The notes: a model not told the origin generated them from the sequence alone. A stretch of DNA of 64,000 nucleotides from an uncultured Nitrososphaerales archaeon (GCA_963695855.1 CAVOHZ010000003.1:288001-352000); one strand, 5' to 3'. Shown: positions 1 to 11,145, numbered from the stretch's first letter. Program-made: numbers and translations.

Positions 1-360
1 CAATATTGGACTTACAAGCCAACAATCCGTTTTGATATTTTCAACATCAGATAATGAAATAGAATCACCTTTTGCATATAAGGATATTTCTCTACCTTTT
101 TCAATAATTTTTATAGTGAATCTAGTGGTAGGTTTTTCAGAAAAAATATTTTTATGCATGTCAAGATCATTTTCTTTAAAAAATGATAGATGTTTGCCTT
201 TGAGGTCTTTTCCGAACTTAGTAACTAGTTCAACTTTAAACCCAAATTGTTTGGCTGTAAGGCCACAATAGCATGGAGGTCCTCCCAGACTGTCAATAAT
301 TTGTCCATCTTGATTAATTATCCTATCCAAGGCAATATTTGAGATTATTGTTATCTTCAT
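1..360 (-). CDS. PfkB/ribokinase-family carbohydrate kinase, N-terminal part (runs off the window)
   Basis: Manual translation from ATG at 360: MKITIISNIALDRII...DSLGGPPCYCGLTAKQFGFKVELVTKFGKD. The GG motif and the '(K)FGxD' motif are PfkB-like. The frame stays open to position 1. Confidence 0.75.
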   Translation of the reverse strand, partial: MKITIISNIALDRIINQDGQIIDSLGGPPCYCGLTAKQFGFKVELVTKFGKDLKGKHLSFFKENDLDMHKNIFSEKPTTRFTIKIIEKGREISLYAKGDSISLSDVENIKTDCWLVSPIL

Positions 361-630
361 AATTACAATTTCCTAATATTCTTTTAATGTTAATATTAAC
401 CTATATTATTAGCATGGTAGTAAAAATAGTAATTACAAGATTCATAGATATAATCAATATGAATGATATCCAATTTAGAAGGTAGAGAATTTAAATTTTA
501 TAATTATTTAGACACATTTAAAAGAATAGATATAACGTAAATTACTCAAAATAATGTTCAATAAATAAATAGATATTTGATTTATAAATAATAAATAAAT
601 ACAATGAATCATTATATATAAACAGATTAA

Positions 631-1023
631 ATGGTGGATAATATTTTTGAAGAATTTTATGATAAAAAATATATTAATTTACAAACCTTTAAAAAGAATG
701 GAAAAATAGTTTCTACTCCCGTCTGGTTTGTATTAATAAACAATGAAATACTTTTTAGATCTGATAGAAATTCTGGAAAGGTCAAGAGAATTAGGAACAA
801 TAACAATGTAAAGTTATCGATTTGCGACATTAGGGGAAATATCAAAGGACAAACATATACAGGAATAGCGAATTTTCAAGATAAATCTAGATATAAAGAG
901 ATCAATTCTTTATTTGACAAAAAATATAGTTTAATGTCACCAATACTAAAAATTGTCTACAAGTTGAGAAAAATTAATCTTGTAATATTGTCCATAACCT
1001 TGGATATTAATCTCAGTAAATAA
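631..1023 (+). CDS. PPOX-class (pyridoxamine 5'-phosphate oxidase-like) F420/flavin-dependent oxidoreductase
   Basis: Motifs YINLQTFKKNG...TPVWF...SGKVKRIRNN...CDIRG, characteristic of the PPOX/F420 split-barrel family. Confidence 0.85.
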   Translation: MVDNIFEEFYDKKYINLQTFKKNGKIVSTPVWFVLINNEILFRSDRNSGKVKRIRNNNNVKLSICDIRGNIKGQTYTGIANFQDKSRYKEINSLFDKKYSLMSPILKIVYKLRKINLVILSITLDINLSK

Positions 1024-1190
1024 TTCATTTTAAAACTATTTGACATACGGAATTAATTGCTAAATCATTAAATGAATAGGACTGGTGTTATTATATTACA
1101 AATTAATTAAAGAGAAATTGGGTACGTCTCATACATTAAAGAGAAAGGATGTCTATTAAATTTTATATCCTAAATTTATGTATTTATTAA

Positions 1191-2141
1191 CTATAGTCTG
1201 GTTAGACTTCTATCATCTTGAAGTTCGACATATATTTTAGATGGATTAACATAAGGAATAACTTCTATTACCTTCTGTTCAATCTTGTCAATTAGAATTT
1301 CAATATTATCAGTTAGCAGGTTATCCACTATGCTTACTTCTATAGCGACTATAACATCTTCAGGACCTAGATGCATAGTACGCATAGTAATAACTCTATT
1401 TACCTCAGATAAAGTCAAGATCGATTTTATAATTCTGTTAGAGTCCTTTTTTGAGATGGCTTCTCCAATAAGTAAGGCTTTATTCTCTTTTGCAAGAAAG
1501 AACGCGAAGCCCATCAATACGAAACCAATTATTAATGAACTAATTGAGTCATATAATACGTTTCCTGTTAAATGAGATAGTGAAATTCCTATTGCGGCAA
1601 TAGCAATACCTAACAACGCTGCAGAATCTTCCACTAAAACAGTAAGGATGGTAGGATCCTTACTTTCGCGAAATTCATTCAGAATTGTTTTAATCGTTAA
1701 TTTTTGTCCACGGGCATGTATATTTTTACTAAAAATAACAAAGGCTATTCTTAGAGCGTTTGATTCAAAAATAGCTGAAATGGCCAAAATGATATAATTA
1801 ATTTCTATATTTTCTATTATGTGAGGTTTACCTAGTAAACTCTCTAATCCTTGTTGAAGAGATAAAACGCCAGATATACCAAAGATCATTGTGGACACAA
1901 GAAATGACCAAAAAAATTGTTCTTTACCATATCCAAAAGGATGTCGTTCGCTTGCTGGTCTAGAACTGCTCTTAATGCCAATTAAGAGCAAGACTTGATT
2001 AATTGTATCTGAGAAGGAATGATAAGTCTCCGCCCACATGGCACTGCTTCCAGTAAAAAGTGCTGCTAGGAGTTTTGCTATGGCGATGCCGAGGTTGCCT
2101 AATAATGCAGCATATACAGCCTTCTTAGATTTTACAACCAA
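1191..2141 (-). CDS. Cation diffusion facilitator (CDF) family transporter
   Basis: GSSAMWAETYHSFSD, HPFGYGKE, EDSAAL, multiple TM helices and a C-terminal TMHLGP domain. Confidence 0.92.
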   Translation of the reverse strand: MVVKSKKAVYAALLGNLGIAIAKLLAALFTGSSAMWAETYHSFSDTINQVLLLIGIKSSSRPASERHPFGYGKEQFFWSFLVSTMIFGISGVLSLQQGLESLLGKPHIIENIEINYIILAISAIFESNALRIAFVIFSKNIHARGQKLTIKTILNEFRESKDPTILTVLVEDSAALLGIAIAAIGISLSHLTGNVLYDSISSLIIGFVLMGFAFFLAKENKALLIGEAISKKDSNRIIKSILTLSEVNRVITMRTMHLGPEDVIVAIEVSIVDNLLTDNIEILIDKIEQKVIEVIPYVNPSKIYVELQDDRSLTRL

Positions 2142-2314
2142 TTATTAAATTAAATAATATTAACTAAACTAGATAATTAACGTTTTTGAATATTCAATTA
2201 AAGTAGATTTTTAAGAACAGATAATGAATTTAATCTATTGTAAAAATTATTTGTATCAAATAAAAGGCGCGATATGTACAGAATCTACATATCTAGTAAA
2301 ATCTCTTCTAGTGT

Positions 2315-3877
2315 TCAAAGTGGCTCTGTATGAACAACTACTCTAGTCGCGTTTGTTTCTTTTATTATCCTTTCTTGAACACTTGTTGCTATTTCGTGAG
2401 CTTCCTGTAAAGATATCTTCGAGGTTTTGGAAAATTTAATGAGTATAGTTAGCGTGACGTGTTGATTTCCGTTCATATCTACTATACCTACATCTTTGCA
2501 ATCTACTACGCCTTGTACTTCAAGACATAATTTTTTTATTTTCTCTATATAAGATTCAGCAACCCTTTTTTCAACTCCCATAGTTTTAATGTCTTCACTA
2601 GTATCAATTTCTATGTGCGATGTGATATTTTCAATTTCTTGTATTTCCTTCTTCACCATTTTTTCAAAAGACTCAACGATATCGTGTGCAGTTTTGAGAT
2701 CAAGACGGTTATCAACCTGAACATCCAGATACAAGTGAAGTGATGATTTAGTTGTTTTATTTGGCGTTTCTACGTGAGACTTGTTTGACGCATCATCATT
2801 ATAGTCAGAAGTGCCACTATTTTTTTTAACTTCACCTGAATCTCTTGAGAGTTTGGATAAGTATATTGAATGAATATTCTTAATTCCTTCAGTCTCGGCT
2901 GCAATCAATCTTATCCTGTCAGAAATTGTTTCAGACTCTGATTCTGTAGCATCTACATGAACGAGAACATCTGCATTTGGGATAGCCTGTCTAATCTTTT
3001 GTTCCACGTTTGTAGCTATCTTATGTGCTTTATCATGGGTACTAATCCTTGGAACTTCTATATGTAGGTCAATAAACATAGTTGAGCCTACACTTCGTAT
3101 CCGTAAATCATGTGCCATATTAACACCCTCTAGTCCAGAAATAGATTCCATGACAACGTGATTGAATCCTTTTGGCGCTTTATCTAAAAGAACATCAAGA
3201 GTTCGCTTTCCTAGTCCAAGTGAGGTATACAATATCATTCCAGCAATAATTATTGCAGCATAGGCATCAGCATTTGGGATATGTAAAAATAATACACTTG
3301 CTAATCCTACAATAATTATGGCAGATGAGATCATGTCTGCTTTAAAATGTAGGGCATCAGCTTCTATTGCTTGACTACCATATTTTCTCGCTACTCGGAA
3401 TAATGCCCTTGATCTGCCATAATCTACTGCTATGGAGATAAGCATTATTAAGAAGGAAAAAATTGTAATTTCTGGTTCTATATTCGTGAAGAATGCCCTC
3501 TCTATTCCTTCGTAGAATATCCAGCCAGCTACAAGTAATAGAAGCAGGATTTCAGTCAAACTGGAAATACTCTCGATTTTAGCATAACCGTACGTAAACT
3601 TTAGATCTGGTGGTTTGATCACTGCTCTAATTGCATATAGAGTCATGAACGCAGCAAAGACATCCAATCCCGAATGCAGTGCTTCGGATAGTATTCCAAG
3701 ACTGTTTGTGGAAAAGCCGATAACGAATTTTATAATTGCTAAACAAGAAGAAGCTATTATAGAAGTAATTACTATACGATTTTTTTCCCTATAAGATTGT
3801 TCTCGTTTCTTATTTTTAATATAATAATCTTGTTGTTTCTTATCTTCATTGGTGCCTCCAAGATTATTATCAGTCAC
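2315..3877 (-). CDS. CDF/FieF-like cation efflux transporter with three tandem C-terminal metal-binding domains
   Basis: SEALHSGLD, YGYAKIE, ADALHFKAD, followed by three repeats of the AH..A / (V/S)H(V/I/T)(D/E) C-terminal-domain pattern. Confidence 0.9.
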   Translation of the reverse strand: MTDNNLGGTNEDKKQQDYYIKNKKREQSYREKNRIVITSIIASSCLAIIKFVIGFSTNSLGILSEALHSGLDVFAAFMTLYAIRAVIKPPDLKFTYGYAKIESISSLTEILLLLLVAGWIFYEGIERAFFTNIEPEITIFSFLIMLISIAVDYGRSRALFRVARKYGSQAIEADALHFKADMISSAIIIVGLASVLFLHIPNADAYAAIIIAGMILYTSLGLGKRTLDVLLDKAPKGFNHVVMESISGLEGVNMAHDLRIRSVGSTMFIDLHIEVPRISTHDKAHKIATNVEQKIRQAIPNADVLVHVDATESESETISDRIRLIAAETEGIKNIHSIYLSKLSRDSGEVKKNSGTSDYNDDASNKSHVETPNKTTKSSLHLYLDVQVDNRLDLKTAHDIVESFEKMVKKEIQEIENITSHIEIDTSEDIKTMGVEKRVAESYIEKIKKLCLEVQGVVDCKDVGIVDMNGNQHVTLTILIKFSKTSKISLQEAHEIATSVQERIIKETNATRVVVHTEPL

Positions 3878-4313
3878 AACTGAGTAAATAGCTATATCAA
3901 TTGTTATATATAGTAACCAAGGTTTGATAGTTGATATTATTTAATATTTTAGGGGGAAACATCTTTTAATTTGATTCTATTTAATTGTGTTTGTTAAGAA
4001 TTAGAATTTAGTAGTCATATCAGTTTAAGAATATTTTTTTGTTTTACCTATTTGTTAAATGATAAAAAAAGTAAATTGATCCTAAGCATTAGATATAAAC
4101 ATTAGAAGTGCTGATTGCCATTTTTGTCGCTGTATTAAGATCTGTTTAATGTGAATGCATACCACCTCAATAAAATAATACGCTAAAATTAACATATGTC
4201 CCTATTATAAAACCTAGTTATCAGATCGTCAAATAAAAAAATGATTATACGATATAGTGTCTAGTTGTGTGGATCATAATTCCTAAAATATTTAGCTAAC
4301 CCATTATAGTCAT

Positions 4314-4806
4314 AATGCGTTATAATAGAAAGAAATACAAAGAATCTCTTGAAAACAGAGCAGAAATGCTACTTGCTTATTGTATTACTGACAACAGGAA
4401 TACAGAATTAGAAGATGGTAATGAAGATGAGAAGTTTGTATATCGAGATTCATTTACCTAGAAATTGGGTTATATGATAGCCTATTTTCATCTGCCGTAT
4501 AGACAGAATCTATTTGGAGTACGATCTCATCCTGCAAATACGGGATGATCAATCCCTGATATAGCAATATAAACAGACGAATAAACAGATTGAATGTCAA
4601 AATCAATGGAGGTATTAAAATATACGATGATGATTTTGTAATAGCAATTGATTCTACTGGAATGAACCAACCAACCGATGAGAATAGATACGTCAAAGAT
4701 GAAATATCAAGAAAGGATATCCAAAAATGTAGATATCATTTGACATAAAAAAAGAAGAGAATCCTATCGTTTCGAGCAACCAATGAATGGTTCATGATGG
4801 AAAGTA
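4314..4806 (+). pseudogene. Degraded IS5-family DDE transposase fragment
   Basis: Translation across frameshifts and stops: MRYN.KKY...FVY.DSF...LGYM.AYFHLPYRQ...INRRINRLNVKI...FVIAIDSTG...KKGY.K...DIKKKRILS...VHDGKVL. Truncated at the stop of the convergent HAD gene. Confidence 0.75.
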
Positions 4807-5673
4807 CTATCTGAGCTCGTGGATGAACATGTTTGAAAAATGAAAATCGAGATCGTGCAAGCGAGTGAGAAAATTTGTTAAGTCATTAAATTCAAGCCCG
4901 TAATGTGTCTTTAATGCAGTATTAATTCTTTCATCTGAATGTACATTTATTGAAAGATCAGCTTTCAAAAACGCAGGAATATCATTTTCCGAATCTCCCA
5001 AGTATAGAATTTTTTCATTTTTATCGAAATTTAATATCTGTCTAATTTTATCTAAAGCCTTACCTTTGTCGAATTTAGTAGAGTATATATCAATAAAAGG
5101 GTGACTGGTATATGTCTTCACATTAATGTCGTTTAAATATAATGAATTATTCTTGATATATTCATTAATTCTGTTTAATATAATAGGTTCAATATTACTT
5201 TTATAATTTTGCCATTTTAACAGATGTCTATAGTCGAATGTTAGACCAGCTAGAACTTTTTCTTTATATGTATATTTCTTTTCAATCCTAATATCACTAA
5301 ATCTATCCATTATACGAACCGAAAGATCTTCGAGAATCGGAGAATTTGATAATAATTTTTCTTTATCGTAAATATAAAAACTTGTGTAGTCATCTAAAAA
5401 ATGACTAGTTGGATACTCGTTTTTTTTTAGATCACTTTTTTCTGAAAAAACAATTGTCTCTATTCCAAGAATACAAGAGATAATTTTAGCAAAAGTACAG
5501 CTAGTTACTAATAAATCAAAAGATTTACTTGAAAGAATGCAAACAGGAATTTTGCTTGAAATTTTTAAGAGGATCGAATAAAGGTCTTCAGGTATAGGAT
5601 TAACTTTTGAATAAATTGAACTAGTAGGGCAGATAGTTCCATCGTAATCTGAAATGATAGCAGATATCTTCAA
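4807..5673 (-). CDS. HAD-superfamily (IIB-type) phosphatase, trehalose-phosphatase-like
   Basis: Motif I SDYDGT, DKGKA and motif IV YLGDSEND. Confidence 0.8.
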   Translation of the reverse strand: MKISAIISDYDGTICPTSSIYSKVNPIPEDLYSILLKISSKIPVCILSSKSFDLLVTSCTFAKIISCILGIETIVFSEKSDLKKNEYPTSHFLDDYTSFYIYDKEKLLSNSPILEDLSVRIMDRFSDIRIEKKYTYKEKVLAGLTFDYRHLLKWQNYKSNIEPIILNRINEYIKNNSLYLNDINVKTYTSHPFIDIYSTKFDKGKALDKIRQILNFDKNEKILYLGDSENDIPAFLKADLSINVHSDERINTALKTHYGLEFNDLTNFLTRLHDLDFHFSNMFIHELR

Positions 5674-6690
5674 CTATATTATTATTAGAAACTAGAGATA
5701 TTTATTTCTCTAAACTCTTAAATACAAAGATATCACAAAAATCTATTTTTTTTAATAGGAAGAAATTTCAAGTCATAAACTTACGATTGTACTTGATTTA
5801 ATTTCCAAATTCGCTTAGAGGCTATCTCGAAATTGATAGCAATATGACTATTTGGTTCCTTTATTACCAGAGTAATAATTGAATAACAATAATCAGCGAA
5901 GACATTATTTTACAACAATGAAACACATTCTAGATCATCTGAGTAATGCGATTAGAAAAATTTACCAAATACATGCATATAACAGGATTAGATAATCGAG
6001 AACTTTTAAAAAGGATCGTATATAATTAGCTAGTAAAAAAAGATTGTAGTACTAAAAGCAAATGTGATGGTAAAATTTTCTTTCAACGAGTTGGTTAACG
6101 TGTAGTTAGATATGATATTTGATAACTAAAATATATTTTACCAACCCCATCATATGCAGGTATATTTTATGCTCGTTTTAAACAGATCTATAGTTATTTT
6201 TTGACAAAAATGAGTTTTCTTACCTTTTTACTAACAATTAAAATTATACATTTTATGTCGAAGTTAGAATATTTTTTAAAACTACTTTTGCGCCTACATA
6301 AGAACGACTATAAACTTAATAATTGGAATTCCTTGAGTTTTGATGATTACACTCGTTACGGGTTCAACAATTCTTTTCTTTACTAGTGCTAAAACACAAG
6401 CACAGTTGGACGACTGCGATTCTTCATATCCAGATATGTATATGCTATATACATCACCACACTTGAATTGTGATGATACTTCAGATAAAATTTTATAATT
6501 TTGTTCCCAGATCCGCACGGGAAACCAATCTTTTAATCTATCTAAACGATTCGGTCATATTTATAAAAGGTCTAGCGTAAAAAAGCAATTCTAGGTAATC
6601 TATTCGTCTTGGCATCAAGATTTGATCTAATTGCTATTTTTTTTAAACGAATCAAAAAAAAATAAAGTATTTCGTGTTCTCACAAAAACA

Positions 6691-7013
6691 TTATTGTCTT
6701 TGTTTCTGTATTTTATTCTGTACATCTTCATATCTTTTTAAAGCAACAATTTTTACGGTATTAAAAGATGTAATTCCTGCATCTATACATAGACTCTCTA
6801 TATCATGAGCACTTTCTGCTTCGCAAATTATCATCCATTCATGCTCGAGTACTGACATGTAAAAAGATTCTATCTCTTTTACTCCATACTTTGACTTGTT
6901 TTTTTTGCCAGTTTATCTTTGATTTCAAGAAATAGCCTTTTATTTTCCAAATTGTTGATAGAGCCGCATTCGGGACTATGTATCGCGAAGGCACCGAATA
7001 GACTTTGGTCCAT
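6691..7013 (-). pseudogene. Frameshifted hypothetical protein of about 107 aa (HSPEC motif; possibly GYD/DUF3303-like fold)
   Basis: MDQSLFGAFAIHSPECGSINN...DKLAKK then, after an A8 tract (6899-6906), KYGVKEIESFYMSVLEHEWMIICEAESAHDIE...TVKIVALK. The span is 323 nt, one base short of in-frame. Confidence 0.65.
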
Positions 7014-7126
7014 TGTAATAATTTTTACGAATTTGAGATATTAACTATATGATCAGTAATTGCATTACTGCGTATGGAATCAATTTTTTCTAATGATTAT
7101 AAATATATATTTGGCCGAAGAGAACC

Positions 7127-7270
7127 ATGAATATCCCAAGAAAAACTGTATATGGAAAGTGCCCAAAATGTAGGGCTAAAAGTCAACTCGAGATCACTTC
7201 AAATAATCCCGGAAAGGAGAAGTTTAAATGCAATATTTGTTTTCAGGTCTTTGGAATGGATGACCTTTGA
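7127..7270 (+). CDS. 47-aa zinc-ribbon microprotein (CPKC...CNIC)
   Basis: MNIPRKTVYGKCPKCRAKSQLEITSNNPGKEKFKCNICFQVFGMDDL*. A TATA-like ttataaata lies about 25 nt upstream. Not in the ORF track. Confidence 0.7.
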   Translation: MNIPRKTVYGKCPKCRAKSQLEITSNNPGKEKFKCNICFQVFGMDDL

Positions 7271-7810
7271 GTTTTGAAAAAGATCATGTCATTATCCGTA
7301 TAAATCTTGAATAATGAATAATACTGAAAACAAAGTTTGAAGTATAATATCTATAAACAAATATTTATATATGTCTAAATCTTTTTTGCAAAAAAATAAA
7401 ATGCTTTTGATTTTATTCTTTATAAATTATTAGTAAATAGTTACCATCTTTACAAAAAATAATTTGTATAGTTTACATATTGTTCTCTTATAAAAATTTG
7501 AAATGGGTTTCAATTAGAAACATATCCCGAAAAAATATAATAAATAAAAAAATTAATTGACTTGGATTTCATTATGATTTATTGTAAAATATATAATAAA
7601 TCTATAAATAAATCTATTGAGCCAAAAACAATCTGATTAAATTTCAAGATTCGAAAAAAAAATAAATCAAAATCTCTATCCTATCCTGTACACAGATTAT
7701 TTAATTAATACCTTTCATTGAAAGTTATACGATAAGAAAGTAGGATAAGATTCACCAATAATACTTTTGAAATAAATTTAAATCCTAAATGATCTAAAAA
7801 AATTTTAGTT

Positions 7811-8497
7811 ATGAATAATAAATCTTTTGTGATGATTTATGGTTTACTCTTAGTCAGTATACTTTCTTTTCCTAATGTCTTTGCGCAAATTAATGCTAAT
7901 TTTACAGTTAATAACGAGATTCCCCAACCTCCAGTTCTTAAACCTAAAGTAGATGTTTCGATAGACGGAACCTCTGCTGATGATAAAATTCGAGGAGGGG
8001 AAGGAGATGATAAAATATCTGGTAAAAAGGGTGATGACATATTAAGCGGACATGAAGGAAATGATGAGCTTGATGGAGGATCTGGAGATGATCAGCTTGA
8101 TGGAGGATCTGGAGATGATCAGATTGATGGAGGATCTGGAGATGATCAGCTTGATGGAGGCGTAGGGGTTGATGAACTAAAGGGAGGAAAAGGAGAAGAC
8201 CTCTTTATTTGTGATGAACAAGATATAGTAATTGATTTTAATTCTTTAGAAAATGATGAAAAACAAGGTAATTGTGAAATTATTGATAGAGCATTAGCGG
8301 AAAAACCCCCATTTTCAGGATTTGAAAATAATGAAAGAGAGGGTTTCAATGATGGTTTCAATGATGGTTTCAATGATGGTTTCAATGATGGTTTCAATGA
8401 TGGTTTCAATGATGGTTTCAATGATGATTTCAATGATGGTTTCAATGGTGATCAGTACAATCCTTATCACGGAAATCCTTATGACCGCTTATATTGA
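7811..8497 (+). CDS. Secreted RTX/hemolysin-type Ca2+-binding repeat protein with GFND repeat tail
   Basis: Signal peptide ending VFA-Q, GGxGxDxL nonapeptides and a C-terminal (GFND)n tail. Confidence 0.85.
   Translation: MNNKSFVMIYGLLLVSILSFPNVFAQINANFTVNNEIPQPPVLKPKVDVSIDGTSADDKIRGGEGDDKISGKKGDDILSGHEGNDELDGGSGDDQLDGGSGDDQIDGGSGDDQLDGGVGVDELKGGKGEDLFICDEQDIVIDFNSLENDEKQGNCEIIDRALAEKPPFSGFENNEREGFNDGFNDGFNDGFNDGFNDGFNDGFNDDFNDGFNGDQYNPYHGNPYDRLY
8342..8449 (+). repeat. 12-bp tandem repeat (ggtttcaatgat), about 9 units, encoding GFND
   Basis: Directly visible; two units carry single substitutions. Confidence 0.95.
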
Positions 8498-8680
8498 GAT
8501 TATGATGTGGAAATAGCTTTTATTTGAAAGTAATTTGAAGAAACTAAAAAAGACATATATAATATTTCATAGAGAAAATGATTAAAATTTCATCATTAAA
8601 GTTTTAATCATTAGGCCATTTTCTTAATAAAAATATACTCAAAATATAAATTAGAAGAATATGAAGGAAAATTATTAGAT

Positions 8681-9472
8681 TTGAATAAAATTTTATTTAT
8701 TTTTGTATTAGGTGTATTAATTTCGATGATATTTTCCTTAAATTTTGGCAATGCGCAAACAAATGCAACTACACTTGTAGAAAACCAGGCTGAGGATGTT
8801 AATAATTCATATATATCCACTCCAAAAATAGATGTTTTCATTGAAGGAACATCTGTTAATGATAATCTCAAAGGAGGATCAGGCAATGATGGCATATCCG
8901 GAGAAACTGGAGATGACAAACTTCTAGGAAATAATGGAGATGACGATATTGATGGTGGAGAAGGAGATGACATACTCGATGGTGGACCGGGTAAAGATAA
9001 ACTAAGAGGTGGAGCAGGGTATGATCTTTTCATCTGTGATAAAGACGATCAGCCTATAGATTTTGATTCAGACGACAAAAAACAAGGCCCCTGTAAGGCG
9101 ATAAAGAAAGATGATGACAACGATGACAAGAAGAAGAAGAAAGATGATGACAACGATGACAAGAAGAAGAAGAAAGATGATGACAACGATGACAAGAAGA
9201 AGAAGAAAGATGATGACAACGATGACAAGAAGAAGAAGAAAGATGATGACAACGATGACAAGAAGAAGAAGAAAGATGATGACAACGATGACAAGAAGAA
9301 GAAGAAAGATGATGACAACGATGACAAGAAGAAGAAGAAAGATGATGGCGAGATGGCGGAGATGGCGGAGATGGCGGAGATGGCGGAGATGGCGGAGATG
9401 GCGGAGATGGCGGAGATGGCGGAGATGGCGGAGATGGCGGAGATGGCGGAGATGATTAATATTTTTTCTTAA
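8681..9472 (+). CDS. Secreted RTX-repeat protein paralogue with charged repeat tail
   Basis: Signal peptide; PKIDVFIEGT matches PKVDVSIDGT of the upstream paralogue; GGxGxD repeats; DLFICD shared. Confidence 0.85.
   Translation: MNKILFIFVLGVLISMIFSLNFGNAQTNATTLVENQAEDVNNSYISTPKIDVFIEGTSVNDNLKGGSGNDGISGETGDDKLLGNNGDDDIDGGEGDDILDGGPGKDKLRGGAGYDLFICDKDDQPIDFDSDDKKQGPCKAIKKDDDNDDKKKKKDDDNDDKKKKKDDDNDDKKKKKDDDNDDKKKKKDDDNDDKKKKKDDDNDDKKKKKDDDNDDKKKKKDDGEMAEMAEMAEMAEMAEMAEMAEMAEMAEMAEMAEMINIFS
9107..9346 (+). repeat. 33-bp tandem repeat x7 encoding DDDNDDKKKKK
   Basis: Unit aaagatgatgacaacgatgacaagaagaagaag, perfect copies. Confidence 0.95.
9347..9453 (+). repeat. 9-bp tandem repeat (ggcggagat) x11 preceded by one 8-bp defective unit
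   Basis: Directly visible; the first unit ggcgagat lacks one G. Confidence 0.95.
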
Positions 9473-9674
9473 AAATAAAGTATTTTTTACGACGTACAAT
9501 GTGTAATTAAAAATAATAATTAGCGTATGTCATTTAATTTTCAGACATTATGACTCATCTTCTTTAATTTAATTTAAATTCATGAATAAATTGTTGTTTT
9601 TATGTACTGTTAAATATGTCTATAACTTGAGTACTGCTTAAAAGTATTAGACAAAACAAGAAATTATTGTATCT

Positions 9675-9945
9675 AAAAATAAAAAAGTTCTCATATTCTT
9701 GCATCCAATACTCAAATGGGTTCAAATCTGCAACAGTATCATATCTTTTGCCATAACAAAATATCTATATCTTCACCACTAGTAATAATGTCATTGCCAA
9801 CTATTGCCTGGATGAGCTTATTATTCATAATTTCATTAAATTGATTTGAACTGTATGTTCCTTGATATATGTTCCCAGAAGCTATTTCCATTAAATTAAC
9901 AATACCAGCCAACGATATTGATGAAATTATCAATATTATACCCAT
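9675..9945 (-). pseudogene. Degenerate third RTX-type secreted protein paralogue
   Basis: Hydrophobic N-terminus, YQGT...GNDIITSGED, and a shifted frame reading FCYGKRYDTVADLNPFE that resembles LFICDEQDIVIDFNSLE of the 7811 ORF. Confidence 0.45.
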
Positions 9946-11145
9946 ATATTTTAAAAAAAATTTTTTATCGATATTATATAACTAAAAGGATTAATAATAT
10001 TTCGAAACATCAATACGTACTTAAAATCTGAAAAATTTAACGGATTTTCTTTCTGAATTAAAAACAGAAAATAATTTTGTATAAGTCAGTTCTAATGTAA
10101 AATTTGAAGATATGTACTAATATGTAGTAAGTAATTGGACAACCACATTTTTAAATATTAGTATAAATTTTCAAAACCATTTCCGACTTAATAGACAGGA
10201 ATTCCGAATATAAAATCTAGAAAAGAGACCGAAAAGATTTCCAATTTAATTAATGTATGACTAAAATTTTCATTGTCAAAATATCCCCTCATTCAATTTA
10301 TACTTTTATACATATTATAACCGCCAAATTCGGCAAGTTATATGAGATGATCAAAAATCATTCCGATAAATAAGTAAAGAGCAAATCCTAACGAGATCAA
10401 GGAAAAACCAAAAGGAATTATCTTATTTTTAAATAAAGAATAGTTAAATCTTTTTAATTTATCTGTAGTCTTTGTCTGCACATAAAAATATAGCTCTTTA
10501 AACTCTTTTTCTTTTCGAATATATTTTTAAGAACACTCTTAGAATAAAATTTTAGATTAAAATCTAGCAAGTGATAGCAGTTGTTTTTACACACCTAGAA
10601 TAAAATATATTTTTCCTTAGAAATGAAATGTTATTGGGTTTAGGATGGAATTTGAATATAATATGTTAATTTAACATATGATGAAAAAATCCTGACTAAC
10701 AAAAATTCATTTACATATTCTTTTCAAAAAAAATGTTTATTAGAATTGAAAATGATATTTTCGATATTTATAGAATATAAGAAATTTAGCCGGTGCTGTT
10801 AAGTTAACAAAAGAACTAACTATATGTTAACAAGTCCAGTAAATCCAAATCAGACAGTAAGTTATGCTCTAACAGTAGTATGATGTATGTGGGAATGGAT
10901 CTACATAAGAACTACTTACAGATTGCAGTAATGGATGAGAAAAAAAAAGTAATCAGCAATAGCAAAATAGATAATGATATACAAAAGATACGGAGATTTT
11001 TTGACCAGATCAAGAATAAAAAGAAAGATGATGATGATAGGAACTACTACAATCATCATCAAAAGGTAGTAATGGAATCATCATGTGTATGGTATAACAT
11101 ATACGAATACTTGTCTGAAGAAAGAAATCTTGATGTAATACTACC

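Noticed and set aside
5817-6000. Possible IS5/IS1031 relic (gaggctatctcgaaat end; LVPLLP...KNLP)
   Set aside because: Too degraded; no partner IR or catalytic motif found
6294-6560. SEC-C-like PCGSG fragment and the 74-aa ORF
   Set aside because: The motif is short, broken by a frameshift and lacks the remaining Cys ligands, so it could be chance
9049-9499. ORFs with (HLR)n, (RRW)n and poly-F/S repeats, plus similar shadows at 8146, 8322 and 56698
   Set aside because: Alternative-frame or antisense readings of stop-free tandem repeats within real genes
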